The notes beneath the pieces were generated by a model, which worked only from the letters and a program-made list of their open reading frames with translations, was not told the origin of the DNA and searched no databases. Of a stretch of DNA of 63,518 bases, positions 1 to 9,996 are shown piece after piece. This DNA comes from an uncultured Verrucomicrobiota bacterium (GTDB lineage Bacteria > Verrucomicrobiota > Verrucomicrobiia > Limisphaerales > UBA9464). Positions within the stretch are counted from its first letter, which is position 1; each line of letters starts with the position of its first letter. The position numbers and the translations under genes were made by a program. The stretch lies in NCBI GenBank assembly GCA_903854475.1, contig CAINWP010000040.1:1-63518 (forward strand), written 5' to 3'.

Positions 1-76
1 CGGAGGTCCTTGGGTGAGGCTGAGTTTGCAGCAGGAATCTGCGATGTAGCCCGATGAGTCTCCTAGTCCGATTCTG

Positions 77-245
77 CTCCTAGGTAGGGACCGATCTCCG
101 AGCGGTCCGCGTGTGCCGACAGAGCCTCCTGGGTAGGGACCGATCTCCGAGCGGTCCGTGTGTGCCGACAGAGCCTCCTAGGTAGGGACCGATCTCCGAG
201 GGGTCCGTGTGTGCCGACGCGGCGCTTTCGGAGAAATCGCCCTAC
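77..245. repeat. REP-like cluster: three tandem 49-bp units, each containing GTAG+GGACCGATCTCCGAGCGGTCC hairpin, followed by an inverted second REP type (GTAG+GGCGATTTCTCCGAAAGCGCC)
   Basis: GTAG at 84, 133 and 182 (period 49), each followed by an imperfect palindrome with a TCC loop (third copy has one substitution). An inverted variant occupies 221-245. The cluster lies just downstream of the lptD stop. Confidence 0.85.
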
Positions 246-266
246 CTCGAGGCAGAGTTATCTAGC

Positions 267-2471
267 TCACATTCCTAGGAGCATGGAAGGATTCGCCCGA
301 TCGTCGCCCAGGTGGAATCGCGGAAACGCCTTGAGCGAGATGGTTAGAGCCACCGTGAAGTCCTGAGGCCCAATTCGATTCTCACGCAGTCGGAAGCCGA
401 GCCCAACGGTCCAACTTCGTAGATCTCGGTAGATTTGGTATTGCTGCTCCTCAAGGGTCCCGTCGCGGGCCTCAAACTGGTGAACACCTCGGACGGCCCA
501 GTTCTCATTCAATTTCGCGTGAAATCGACTGAAAATCACATTGTTGCCGGCCCCGTATAAGGTCCAGTCATCGCGCAAGAATCGGTGGCCAATGCTCCAG
601 TCGAACCACTCGGTGGGCGACCACGTGGCCCGATGATTTGATTCCCGGAACTCTCGGGTCACCGCATTAAACCGGGTTTCGGAAGTGAGCGTCAGCCAAG
701 AGCGGGGCGTGAAATCCACCTCGGAGTAGAGGTCCGAGAATTGCGTCTGATCGTTGCGTTGTTGGATGCGCCAGTCGCTCAGGAGGGACCAATTGAGGAC
801 GTTCTCCACCTGCTCTTCTCGCTTGGTTTGAACCTTGTTGCGAAGCCCCAATCGCACTGTGTTCTGGCTATCGACCGAATCAATTTGCGTGTAATCGGGA
901 AAATGAATGGGCAACAACTTCGGGCTGATGAGTTCCCGGTCGAACTGAGGTAATTCGGTCGGGGTCCGATTGGGTTCCGGCACGAAAACGTAGCTGAACT
1001 GGGGTTCAGCGATGTGGCGAGCCCCATTCATATCGAGCGCCGAACTGGAGAACGTCGGCCAAACTCTCGAGGCCTTGAACCCAACATCCACGCCGGTGTT
1101 GGCCACCCAGCGTTCCCGGTCACTGTTGACCGCGTTTAGGCCCTCTGGATCGCCGTAGTAAGTGGCCCGTGCGCCCAATCGCGGTGATATATTGAGCCAT
1201 CCCCCTACGGTATGAGGCGCCACCAACTGGTGGTAGGTATCGCCGCGGAAGGCCGCGTAGTTGGTGCCCCCAGCCAGTGCATCGCGGTACCGCAGATAAG
1301 CCAGTGAACTATCGCTCTCGTAGTAAATCGGCGTGACTCCGATTTGCTGCCGCAAGCCTCGCAGACGGACATCCGGCAGTCGCTCGACCGTCCGGAAGAA
1401 CTCGTTGACCTGGGCGTGCGCCAGAAAATCGAGGCTCCAATTCGAGTTGAGTTGGGACAACTCGACAAAGGTCTTGGGCTGGGGATCGGTGCGGAATTCG
1501 TACTCGAAGAAATCGCGAAGCACCATTGGGTCACTCTGGCCGCGCACGACACCCTTGAACTCGAAACCCGAATCATTGGTGATTGAGTGCCGTAAATCGA
1601 ATCGGTACCGGTCCGGATCAATGGGCCCATTGAACGAACTGAGCTCCGGGGCCTGATCTTGGATAAAGTAAAACCCTCCCCTCCCCTTGCCCAAGTCGCC
1701 CAAGTCATAGGAGAGACGTGGACCGCCGCCGATCCCTCGGCGTTGGCGATAATCCAGATCTACGACCGTCTCTAGGTTGGTTCGTGAAAGCCAGTGGTAG
1801 CTGCCCAGCACATAGGGTCCATACAAACTGCGGTACCCCGGAGTGATGCTGAAAAAGTTGGGATGTCGATCGGCCTTGCGGGTATACCACGGGAAGTACA
1901 TCACTGGCACCTTACCGATGTACAACAACGCATCTTCAGCCGAAATAGTTCGGTTACTGTCGATGCTCAAGGTCTTGGCCCGAATCTTGTAACCCGGTTC
2001 CACTGCGTCGTCCGTGGTCACTTCGCCACCGAGCACAACTTGATTGGTGCCGCCTTGGGTCACCGACAATCGATCACCCCGAAGGAAGAGTGGACCCGCC
2101 CCAAAGCGGAACGCCCCGGCTTCCACGCGTTTCTGGCGGAAATCAAAGCGAACCTTCTGGCCTTTCCACCGGATGCGTTCTCCGGTTTCTCGAGCGTAGT
2201 CTACGACGACATCTCCCTCGGCGGTGGCCTCTCCGGTTTCTTGGCTGAGTGTCACCGATTGTGCGCTGACCGCGCTGCCCATCCAGTGAACCACTACCCC
2301 GTTCTTGGCCGAGGCCGTCCGTGCATCCGGACTCAATTCAACCTCACCCAGACCGTCCCGCGATTCGATGCGGATCGACGACGGATCGACGGTGGCTGTC
2401 TTCGGAACCCCTTCCTGAGCCAAGGCCGTCAGCGTCCAGGCGACCCATGCGCCAGTGCGGGTGAGCTTCAT
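267..2471 (-). CDS. lptD: LPS-assembly outer membrane protein LptD
   Basis: OstA-like N-terminus, 'LYIGKVPVMYFPW' and 'TPGYRSLYG' motifs, long beta-strand-rich barrel. The ORF track starts at 2648; ATG 2471 precedes a signal-like segment, so the start is uncertain. Confidence 0.85.
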   Translation of the reverse strand: MKLTRTGAWVAWTLTALAQEGVPKTATVDPSSIRIESRDGLGEVELSPDARTASAKNGVVVHWMGSAVSAQSVTLSQETGEATAEGDVVVDYARETGERIRWKGQKVRFDFRQKRVEAGAFRFGAGPLFLRGDRLSVTQGGTNQVVLGGEVTTDDAVEPGYKIRAKTLSIDSNRTISAEDALLYIGKVPVMYFPWYTRKADRHPNFFSITPGYRSLYGPYVLGSYHWLSRTNLETVVDLDYRQRRGIGGGPRLSYDLGDLGKGRGGFYFIQDQAPELSSFNGPIDPDRYRFDLRHSITNDSGFEFKGVVRGQSDPMVLRDFFEYEFRTDPQPKTFVELSQLNSNWSLDFLAHAQVNEFFRTVERLPDVRLRGLRQQIGVTPIYYESDSSLAYLRYRDALAGGTNYAAFRGDTYHQLVAPHTVGGWLNISPRLGARATYYGDPEGLNAVNSDRERWVANTGVDVGFKASRVWPTFSSSALDMNGARHIAEPQFSYVFVPEPNRTPTELPQFDRELISPKLLPIHFPDYTQIDSVDSQNTVRLGLRNKVQTKREEQVENVLNWSLLSDWRIQQRNDQTQFSDLYSEVDFTPRSWLTLTSETRFNAVTREFRESNHRATWSPTEWFDWSIGHRFLRDDWTLYGAGNNVIFSRFHAKLNENWAVRGVHQFEARDGTLEEQQYQIYRDLRSWTVGLGFRLRENRIGPQDFTVALTISLKAFPRFHLGDDRANPSMLLGM

Positions 2472-2860
2472 GTGGAGGACAGCGTATCGCGAGACCCCTC
2501 GACGGAGCAATGCGCCAACGCAGCAGCTCGTTAGTTGATGCTCGCCGGAATCCCGCATCCAGAACCGTGTCTCCTTTGGGGAGGGATTTGCTTCTGGGAC
2601 AGGCAATTTACTCGAGGAACCGGACCGTTTCTCAATGCACCGCTTCAATCTTTACCGAGTTTTTGACCCACGGCTTCATCGAGGCGCTTGAAGGCGGCGT
2701 CGACGGATTTCACGAAAGGACGGTGCCGGCAGTAGGGGAACCGGGTCAAGCCAGGGACCAGTTCTCAGACCAAGCCCACTCGCATTGGAAGCCCCAAGCA
2801 CCCAGTCTGTGACGCTTTGGGCCTCGGCGGCGGGAGGCCTCATCGGGTATCGTGTTTCCG

Positions 2861-4216
2861 ATGGATGGATTCCTGCAGCAACTCCGCCGGCACTGGGCGG
2901 AGCGGTTCGGATCCGGGCCGCGGCACCTGGTGGTGGCCGTGTCCGGGGGCTTGGATTCCATGGTCCTGCTGCACAGCTTGGCCCGCCTGCGCCGGAAGTT
3001 TCCCTGGCAACTAACGGTGGCTCATTGCCACCACGGACTCCGCGGGACTGATGCAGATGGAGACGCGGACTGGGTTCGAGCGCAGTCGGCGGCCTTGGGG
3101 TTGCCCTGTATCGTGGAAGAAGTTTCCGTCCGCGCGGCCGCCGAGGCTTCACGCGAGTCCCTCGAAATGGCGGCCCGTCGGTTGCGACATGCCTTCCTCG
3201 CCCGGTCCGCGCTCTCAGTGGGGTCGGCCGATTCGATGGAAGTGGTCTTGGCCCATCATGCGCAGGATCAGGCCGAACTCATCCTCCTGCGGTTGCTCCG
3301 CGGAGCCGGATCGGAGGGGTTGGCCGGCATGAAGGAACGCGCGCCGTCTCCGGCAGACCAGCGAGTTTCCCTGCTCCGGCCCTTCCTCGGATTCGATCGG
3401 GGTACGCTAGAAGCCTTCGCCCGAAGCCAGGGGATTGGGCATCGCGAGGACGCCTCGAACCGGGATTTATCCATTCCCCGAAACCGTATCCGCCATCAAT
3501 TAATTCCGGACTGGATGGCCCATCACAGCCCCGCCCTGCCCCGTGTTTTGGCGCGGATTGCCGACATCGCGGCGCACGAGTCGGATTACCTGCGGGAGCA
3601 GGCTCAGCGTTGGCGCGATTCATTACATCCAGAACCCTGGGCCTCGCTCCACGTCGCGTTGCAGCGGGCCATCTTGCGAATGGAACTCATCGAGCACGGA
3701 CGGAATGCTGAGTTCGAAACGGTTGAGCGGTTGCGTCGGGCCCGCTGCGGTTCGGCGCTAGACACGCTCTCAATCGACAAGGCGGTAGCCACCCAAGCCC
3801 CAGCGAACCCATTGAATCGAGCGGGACCCTCAGAAACGGTGTCGGTGGCTTTTCGCGGAGTGCGAGGTCAGCGGGTGTTGCCAGAGGGGAGCCTCTTTCG
3901 GTGGAAACGACTGAAGCGCCCCCTGCCCTTCGGCCACGGCTGGGAACAACTCGATGCCACGACCGTCCCTGAAACAGCCGCACTGCGTCACCGCCGGCCG
4001 GGCGACCGGTTCCAGCGTCTGGGGCAGTCGAACGCGGCGCGCCTCCAGAACCTCTTCATCAATCAACACGTGGCCGCTGCCGAGCGCGACCAACGGTGGG
4101 TGCTCGACCTTGGCGACGGAAATCTGGCATGGGTGGAGGGTTTTTCGGCGGGTGAACGCCACCGATTGACCCCCTCTACCACGGAGATTCTGGCCATCCA
4201 AATTCAGAAACCGTAG
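2861..4216 (+). CDS. tilS: tRNA(Ile)-lysidine synthetase
   Basis: PP-loop 'VAVSGGLDSMVLL', 'HGLRG', 'AHHAQDQAE', 'EDASN...RNRIRH' and C-terminal 'RRPGDRF' TilS_C motif. Confidence 0.95.
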   Translation: MDGFLQQLRRHWAERFGSGPRHLVVAVSGGLDSMVLLHSLARLRRKFPWQLTVAHCHHGLRGTDADGDADWVRAQSAALGLPCIVEEVSVRAAAEASRESLEMAARRLRHAFLARSALSVGSADSMEVVLAHHAQDQAELILLRLLRGAGSEGLAGMKERAPSPADQRVSLLRPFLGFDRGTLEAFARSQGIGHREDASNRDLSIPRNRIRHQLIPDWMAHHSPALPRVLARIADIAAHESDYLREQAQRWRDSLHPEPWASLHVALQRAILRMELIEHGRNAEFETVERLRRARCGSALDTLSIDKAVATQAPANPLNRAGPSETVSVAFRGVRGQRVLPEGSLFRWKRLKRPLPFGHGWEQLDATTVPETAALRHRRPGDRFQRLGQSNAARLQNLFINQHVAAAERDQRWVLDLGDGNLAWVEGFSAGERHRLTPSTTEILAIQIQKP

Positions 4217-4246
4217 CGGTCACGTTCACCCACCGCTCCCATCATT

Positions 4247-6514
4247 TCAGAACCCGACAGGCCTCGCCGGACCCGTGTAGGGTTCGGCCCCTTGTTCCCG
4301 GAAATCGGTGTGTTCCACCCGAAGCAGTTCAGGATCCGATACCGTGGGGGCTCCGATGAATCCGTGATGGCGCCCCATCCAATAGGCCAGCAACCAAGCG
4401 CTCGGTTCCACCACGTCTTGGCCGCCGGCACCTCCATCGGCTTGCATGAGCCAATGGTCCCAGCGCAAGGGTTCGGTCTCCCTCGGCGGGAAGGTTCGAG
4501 TCCCTCCTTTCAAAGCGACATAGCCCGGCGGTGTCCGCAAGTCGGTGCGGTGAGAGTTCTGGTAGGACCAAATCCGGAGGTCCAACGGCCAACCGCGGAG
4601 GTGTTCCGCGCTGGCTGCAGCCTCCGCATCGTTGCCGGTCAGGGTGCCGTAGAGATAATTGAACCAAGCGTTCTGTTCGACGCGAACCACTTCGTGTCCC
4701 CGCTCATATCCCCGGCGGTAGAGTGCGCGCAAATCCGGGTTTTCCTCATAGCGAAGGAGGTTCCAGTAGCTCCAAAACGCCAACTCATCGAGGAAGTGCA
4801 AAATGCTATCGGGTGGCGACGTGTTTCGGGCCCGCAGCGTGAACTCCGGATAACCCAGTCGGACCAAATCCCGGTAGGCCGCAGTGAACGTGGCGTCGCC
4901 TGTCCAACGTTCGGCCGTCTTGATGAAAGAGAGCAACTCGACGGCCTGAAGGCCTCGATCGAACTTGCCTTCGTCCGTTTGAAAATACTCCGGATCCCAA
5001 CGACCCCAACGGGTGGGTTTTCCATCCACATCAATGAGTTTCCATCGATTGCACACCAAGTGTGAGGCGATTCGGGCCAACTGGCCTTTGGCTTGATCCA
5101 CCTCCGGACCCTCAGCCACCAGTTCCAGAAACAGTCCGAAGGAGTAGAACTGCGAGCACAGTTCGTCACTGGAAGTGTCACCCTTCCATTCAAAGCGACC
5201 GTCCTGCGTGTCGTGCCACTCCGCCGCATAGCCGCCAGAACCGTGGTCGGCTTGATGACCGACCTCGCCCTTGGCCCAAACCGATCGCGCCGGGAATCCA
5301 GAAATACCTGTCATTCCTTCGAGCCACCGGAGCGCATGGAACGTGTTGGTGGCTTCCCGACGCGCCTCGGGATCGCGAGTCACGGCGTACCGGTACACTT
5401 GCGCGGCCAAATAATTGCCACTGTAGCCGCCATCATTGTCGCTGACTTCCCGGACAAAACGTTTTCGCGACGGATCCCATTCTAACTTGTGGACAAAGCC
5501 CAAGCGCTTCTGTCCCCACTCCTCGAGGTGCCGTTCGTAGTAGGCCGCTTTCTTGGCCAAGGTATAGGGCCGGTACTCGATGACCCCCAAGCCCTGGGCC
5601 GTGGCGAGATAGACGGTTTGACCTGCCACGGCGATGGCAGAAACCCGCTCGTCCGGAAGCCAACGACGGCCCGAAAAATAATCGAATCGCCCGCTCACTT
5701 GGCGGATCGCGCCGCGGGATGTGCCAATCCATAAATCATTGGTAAACCCGGCAGCCAAACAGAGAGTGTCTTCGAACGGAAGCCCCTGCTCACCGCGAAC
5801 CGAGGTCATGGACATCCCTCGCAGCACTCCCAATCCACGATCGGTAGCCACCACCAACGCAGACCCATGGCTCAGCGCATCGCGAGTGGTCTTGGACGGG
5901 AGGGTGCCCCAGTCCCAGCCCAAATCAGACGGCCAAGTGTAAGCGTCTTCGCCTCCAAAACGGCCACGGCTGTAGGGACTGATTCTCCCCGATCCCACGA
6001 CGTAAATCAGGTCCTGGTGGGCTACCAGACGTTGGATTTCAAAGCGGGCCTTGGCTTCGGAAAAGGATTCGAGCGCGTGGCCTTGGACCCGCAGCAGTCG
6101 GGATCCCACCGAGGCGAGAACCTCACCGCGAAACTCTTGAATGTCGCTGACGGGAGACGTGCTAATTTGCCTCCAGAGGCGCGCCTCCCGAACCCAGAGG
6201 CCCGGGACACCGATGGCCCAGATCTGGTCCCGCGCCACCACCAGTCGCTGGACGGCCTGAGTCATCCCCGTGTCCGGTTCCCAATGGCGATCCTTTAAAG
6301 CAATCACCCCTCGCCCGGTTCCGACCAGTACCTCACCGCGATGGGCCACCACGGCGGTCAAAGCAACTTCAGAGGGCAGCGTCCATCCCGCTTCCTGCAA
6401 GTACGGCGCATCTGGGATAGTGGTGGCCGATCGATGAACACGCGATAACTCAGCCCCGAACAGGTTTTTTAATACGGCCAACGAGAGAACTAGCCAGCGC
6501 CAACATGAGAGCAT
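4247..6514 (-). CDS. Exported hypothetical protein: N-terminal beta-propeller (two-component-regulator-propeller-like) plus helical C-terminal domain
   Basis: Repeats such as 'LWIGTSRG', 'VVATDRGLG' and 'YLATAQGLG'; acidic motifs 'DNDGGYSG' and 'WKGDTSSDE'; signal-like N-terminus from ATG 6514. The ORF-track start at 6655 overlaps the next gene. Confidence 0.7.
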   Translation of the reverse strand: MLSCWRWLVLSLAVLKNLFGAELSRVHRSATTIPDAPYLQEAGWTLPSEVALTAVVAHRGEVLVGTGRGVIALKDRHWEPDTGMTQAVQRLVVARDQIWAIGVPGLWVREARLWRQISTSPVSDIQEFRGEVLASVGSRLLRVQGHALESFSEAKARFEIQRLVAHQDLIYVVGSGRISPYSRGRFGGEDAYTWPSDLGWDWGTLPSKTTRDALSHGSALVVATDRGLGVLRGMSMTSVRGEQGLPFEDTLCLAAGFTNDLWIGTSRGAIRQVSGRFDYFSGRRWLPDERVSAIAVAGQTVYLATAQGLGVIEYRPYTLAKKAAYYERHLEEWGQKRLGFVHKLEWDPSRKRFVREVSDNDGGYSGNYLAAQVYRYAVTRDPEARREATNTFHALRWLEGMTGISGFPARSVWAKGEVGHQADHGSGGYAAEWHDTQDGRFEWKGDTSSDELCSQFYSFGLFLELVAEGPEVDQAKGQLARIASHLVCNRWKLIDVDGKPTRWGRWDPEYFQTDEGKFDRGLQAVELLSFIKTAERWTGDATFTAAYRDLVRLGYPEFTLRARNTSPPDSILHFLDELAFWSYWNLLRYEENPDLRALYRRGYERGHEVVRVEQNAWFNYLYGTLTGNDAEAAASAEHLRGWPLDLRIWSYQNSHRTDLRTPPGYVALKGGTRTFPPRETEPLRWDHWLMQADGGAGGQDVVEPSAWLLAYWMGRHHGFIGAPTVSDPELLRVEHTDFREQGAEPYTGPARPVGF

Positions 6515-6613
6515 CGGCACATCAAGGCAGAGGGGGCGGTGAGGGCAAGTTGACAATGCCTGTACCCGATCGGTTGCCACCAGAGAAAGAACCACGTACG
6601 GTCTCTCCATTCG

Positions 6614-8149
<1,536 letters not shown>

Positions 8150-8325
8150 TGATTCGCTCTTCTCTACCCGTTGAGTCAGCCCTGGACGTTCGATGAGTCC
8201 TGGTTGCGCGGTAAGCCTGAAACTCTGGGCAAACTCTGGGCAGCAACCAAGCCGACCCGCCGGAAGTCAGCCCGAGCGAGCACGAAGCCCGCTCGGCGCC
8301 CCAATTCAAAGCCCGCAAAGAAGGC

Positions 8326-8760
8326 TTACACCAAGGGTGAGCGGCCTTCGTCGGCGTCAATGTAGTCGACGAAGGTGGTGATATCGGTGCGATGAGCTAG
8401 GCCGGATTGCTCTTTGCGCAAGGCAAGCCTTGCCCGGAGTTCGGGGTCTTCCTCGGACCCGTAGTTCATAATCCATTGATTGAAGGCCGCCTGCTCGGCC
8501 GGCCTGTGGACATGGGCTCGAACCCAGTCCGCTACCTGTCCATCGGTGATCGTAGGACGCACGCAATCGATGAAGGCTTCGGACTCCAGCCCAGCTGCCT
8601 TCAGCCATTGAGCATCGAATCCCCGCGTTGCGAAATTCTGCTGATAGTCGGAGTGGAGTCGGCCCGCCAAGGACAGGCGAATCTTATCCACGAAACGGGG
8701 CAGATACAGCCAGCCAGACATCGTTTCGCGGGCACTCCGGGGATGGATCACATCATTCAT
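8326..8760 (-). CDS. DUF5069-like protein
   Basis: 'PRSARE...GWLYLPRFVDKIRL' N-terminus and 'DYIDADEGR' C-terminus resemble DUF5069. Confidence 0.7.
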   Translation of the reverse strand: MNDVIHPRSARETMSGWLYLPRFVDKIRLSLAGRLHSDYQQNFATRGFDAQWLKAAGLESEAFIDCVRPTITDGQVADWVRAHVHRPAEQAAFNQWIMNYGSEEDPELRARLALRKEQSGLAHRTDITTFVDYIDADEGRSPLV

Positions 8761-8769
8761 AATAAAGAC

Positions 8770-9906
8770 TTACTGTTCGGTGAGCAGTTTCTCCACCTTG
8801 GTGGCCAGATCATTGCGTGCTTCAAGGTCCCGAAGGTTCCCCTTCTTGTCCACCAACCACATGGCGGGAATGCCACGGATGCCAAATTCAGAACCAAACT
8901 TGTTCTTCCAACCTTCTCCGTCGAAGTACTGCGCCCAGTTCATCTTATGCTTGGCAGTGAAGGCCTTCAACGCGTCGACCTCTTCGTCGAAGCTGATGCC
9001 CACGATTTCGAAGCCCTTCGGGTGAAGCCGCTCGTAGGCGGCCACCACATTGGGGACCTCGGCGACGCACGGCCCACACCACGTGGCCCAAAAGTCGATC
9101 AAGACCACTTTGCCCTTCATCTGGGCGAGATCCACCTTGCGACCATCCGTTGCGGTGAAGGCTATGTTGAGGGGTTTTCCAATGCGTTCCTGAGTTTTCT
9201 GCATCCCATCGGCCATGGCACGCACCTGGGCTGGCACCTTGTCGGACTTGAGAATCTTGGCCAGCAGCTCCTTGGACTTTTCGCCGCCGCGCAATTGAGC
9301 AATCTCAAGGTAGGCTGCATAAATCTCTCCGCGTGCGGGAAATTCCTTTTCAAGCACTAAAAGGCGCTTCTCGAACTCACCGAGTACGGCATCCATCCCT
9401 TGAGACTGGAGTTTGCGTGCCTCAACCACTGCCTCCTGTAGTTTCACCCCCACCGCAGTGGCGGTGGCCTCTTCCTGGACCTTCGCGGGGTCAGGACCCA
9501 GCGCTTGCAGTTCGGCCGCTTTACCCTCGTTGCCGAGGCTCACCGCGGCCTCCAGTAATTCTCGATACAAGCGCCGAGACTCGGCCGCTTTGGGGTGATC
9601 TTTAAAACGCTCGCTAAACTCACGGGCCTTGTCGGCGGCGATACCTGAACCAGTGGCCTTCTGCTGGCGGAAGGCCTTCACCTCGTCGGAAGTCGGCTGT
9701 CGCCCCTTCCACTCCGCCGGCGGAGTCGGAGGTTTCCCCTCCGCCTCCACGAGGACCCACGCCTTATCGGCATCGTTCGGCAGCAACCGGCGCGCAGGAA
9801 CAGCAGCCGTGCTTCCTTGGGTTGGAGCAGTTGTTGCCGACTCAGCCGATTGTGCTCTTTCGAAAGACAGAGCCAATCCCAACATCACCATCACCAAGTG
9901 CTTCAT
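8770..9906 (-). CDS. TlpA-family thiol-disulfide oxidoreductase, exported
   Basis: 'GKVVLIDFWATWCGPC' motif, 'GIPAMWLVDKKG' and a signal peptide. Confidence 0.92.
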   Translation of the reverse strand: MKHLVMVMLGLALSFERAQSAESATTAPTQGSTAAVPARRLLPNDADKAWVLVEAEGKPPTPPAEWKGRQPTSDEVKAFRQQKATGSGIAADKAREFSERFKDHPKAAESRRLYRELLEAAVSLGNEGKAAELQALGPDPAKVQEEATATAVGVKLQEAVVEARKLQSQGMDAVLGEFEKRLLVLEKEFPARGEIYAAYLEIAQLRGGEKSKELLAKILKSDKVPAQVRAMADGMQKTQERIGKPLNIAFTATDGRKVDLAQMKGKVVLIDFWATWCGPCVAEVPNVVAAYERLHPKGFEIVGISFDEEVDALKAFTAKHKMNWAQYFDGEGWKNKFGSEFGIRGIPAMWLVDKKGNLRDLEARNDLATKVEKLLTEQ

Positions 9907-9996
9907 TATCCATAAACGTGAACCGGGAGGATGAGATTGCTAGTCGTTTTTTCACCCGATCCCAGAACTGTTTCCGGGATCGGGTCCGAGAGGTCT

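Noticed and set aside
77-218. Possible CRISPR array (palindromic repeat with regular period)
   Set aside because: The intervening sequences are near-identical rather than unique spacers, there are only three units, no cas genes are present, and GTAG+hairpin fits REP.
8407-9360. Long alternative-frame or antisense ORFs (e.g. 8407-9360, 12458-13510, 13558-14460, 55379-56209, 58994-59896, 61460-62344)
   Set aside because: They lie opposite well-supported genes, have no recognisable motifs, and are expected shadows of GC-rich codon usage.
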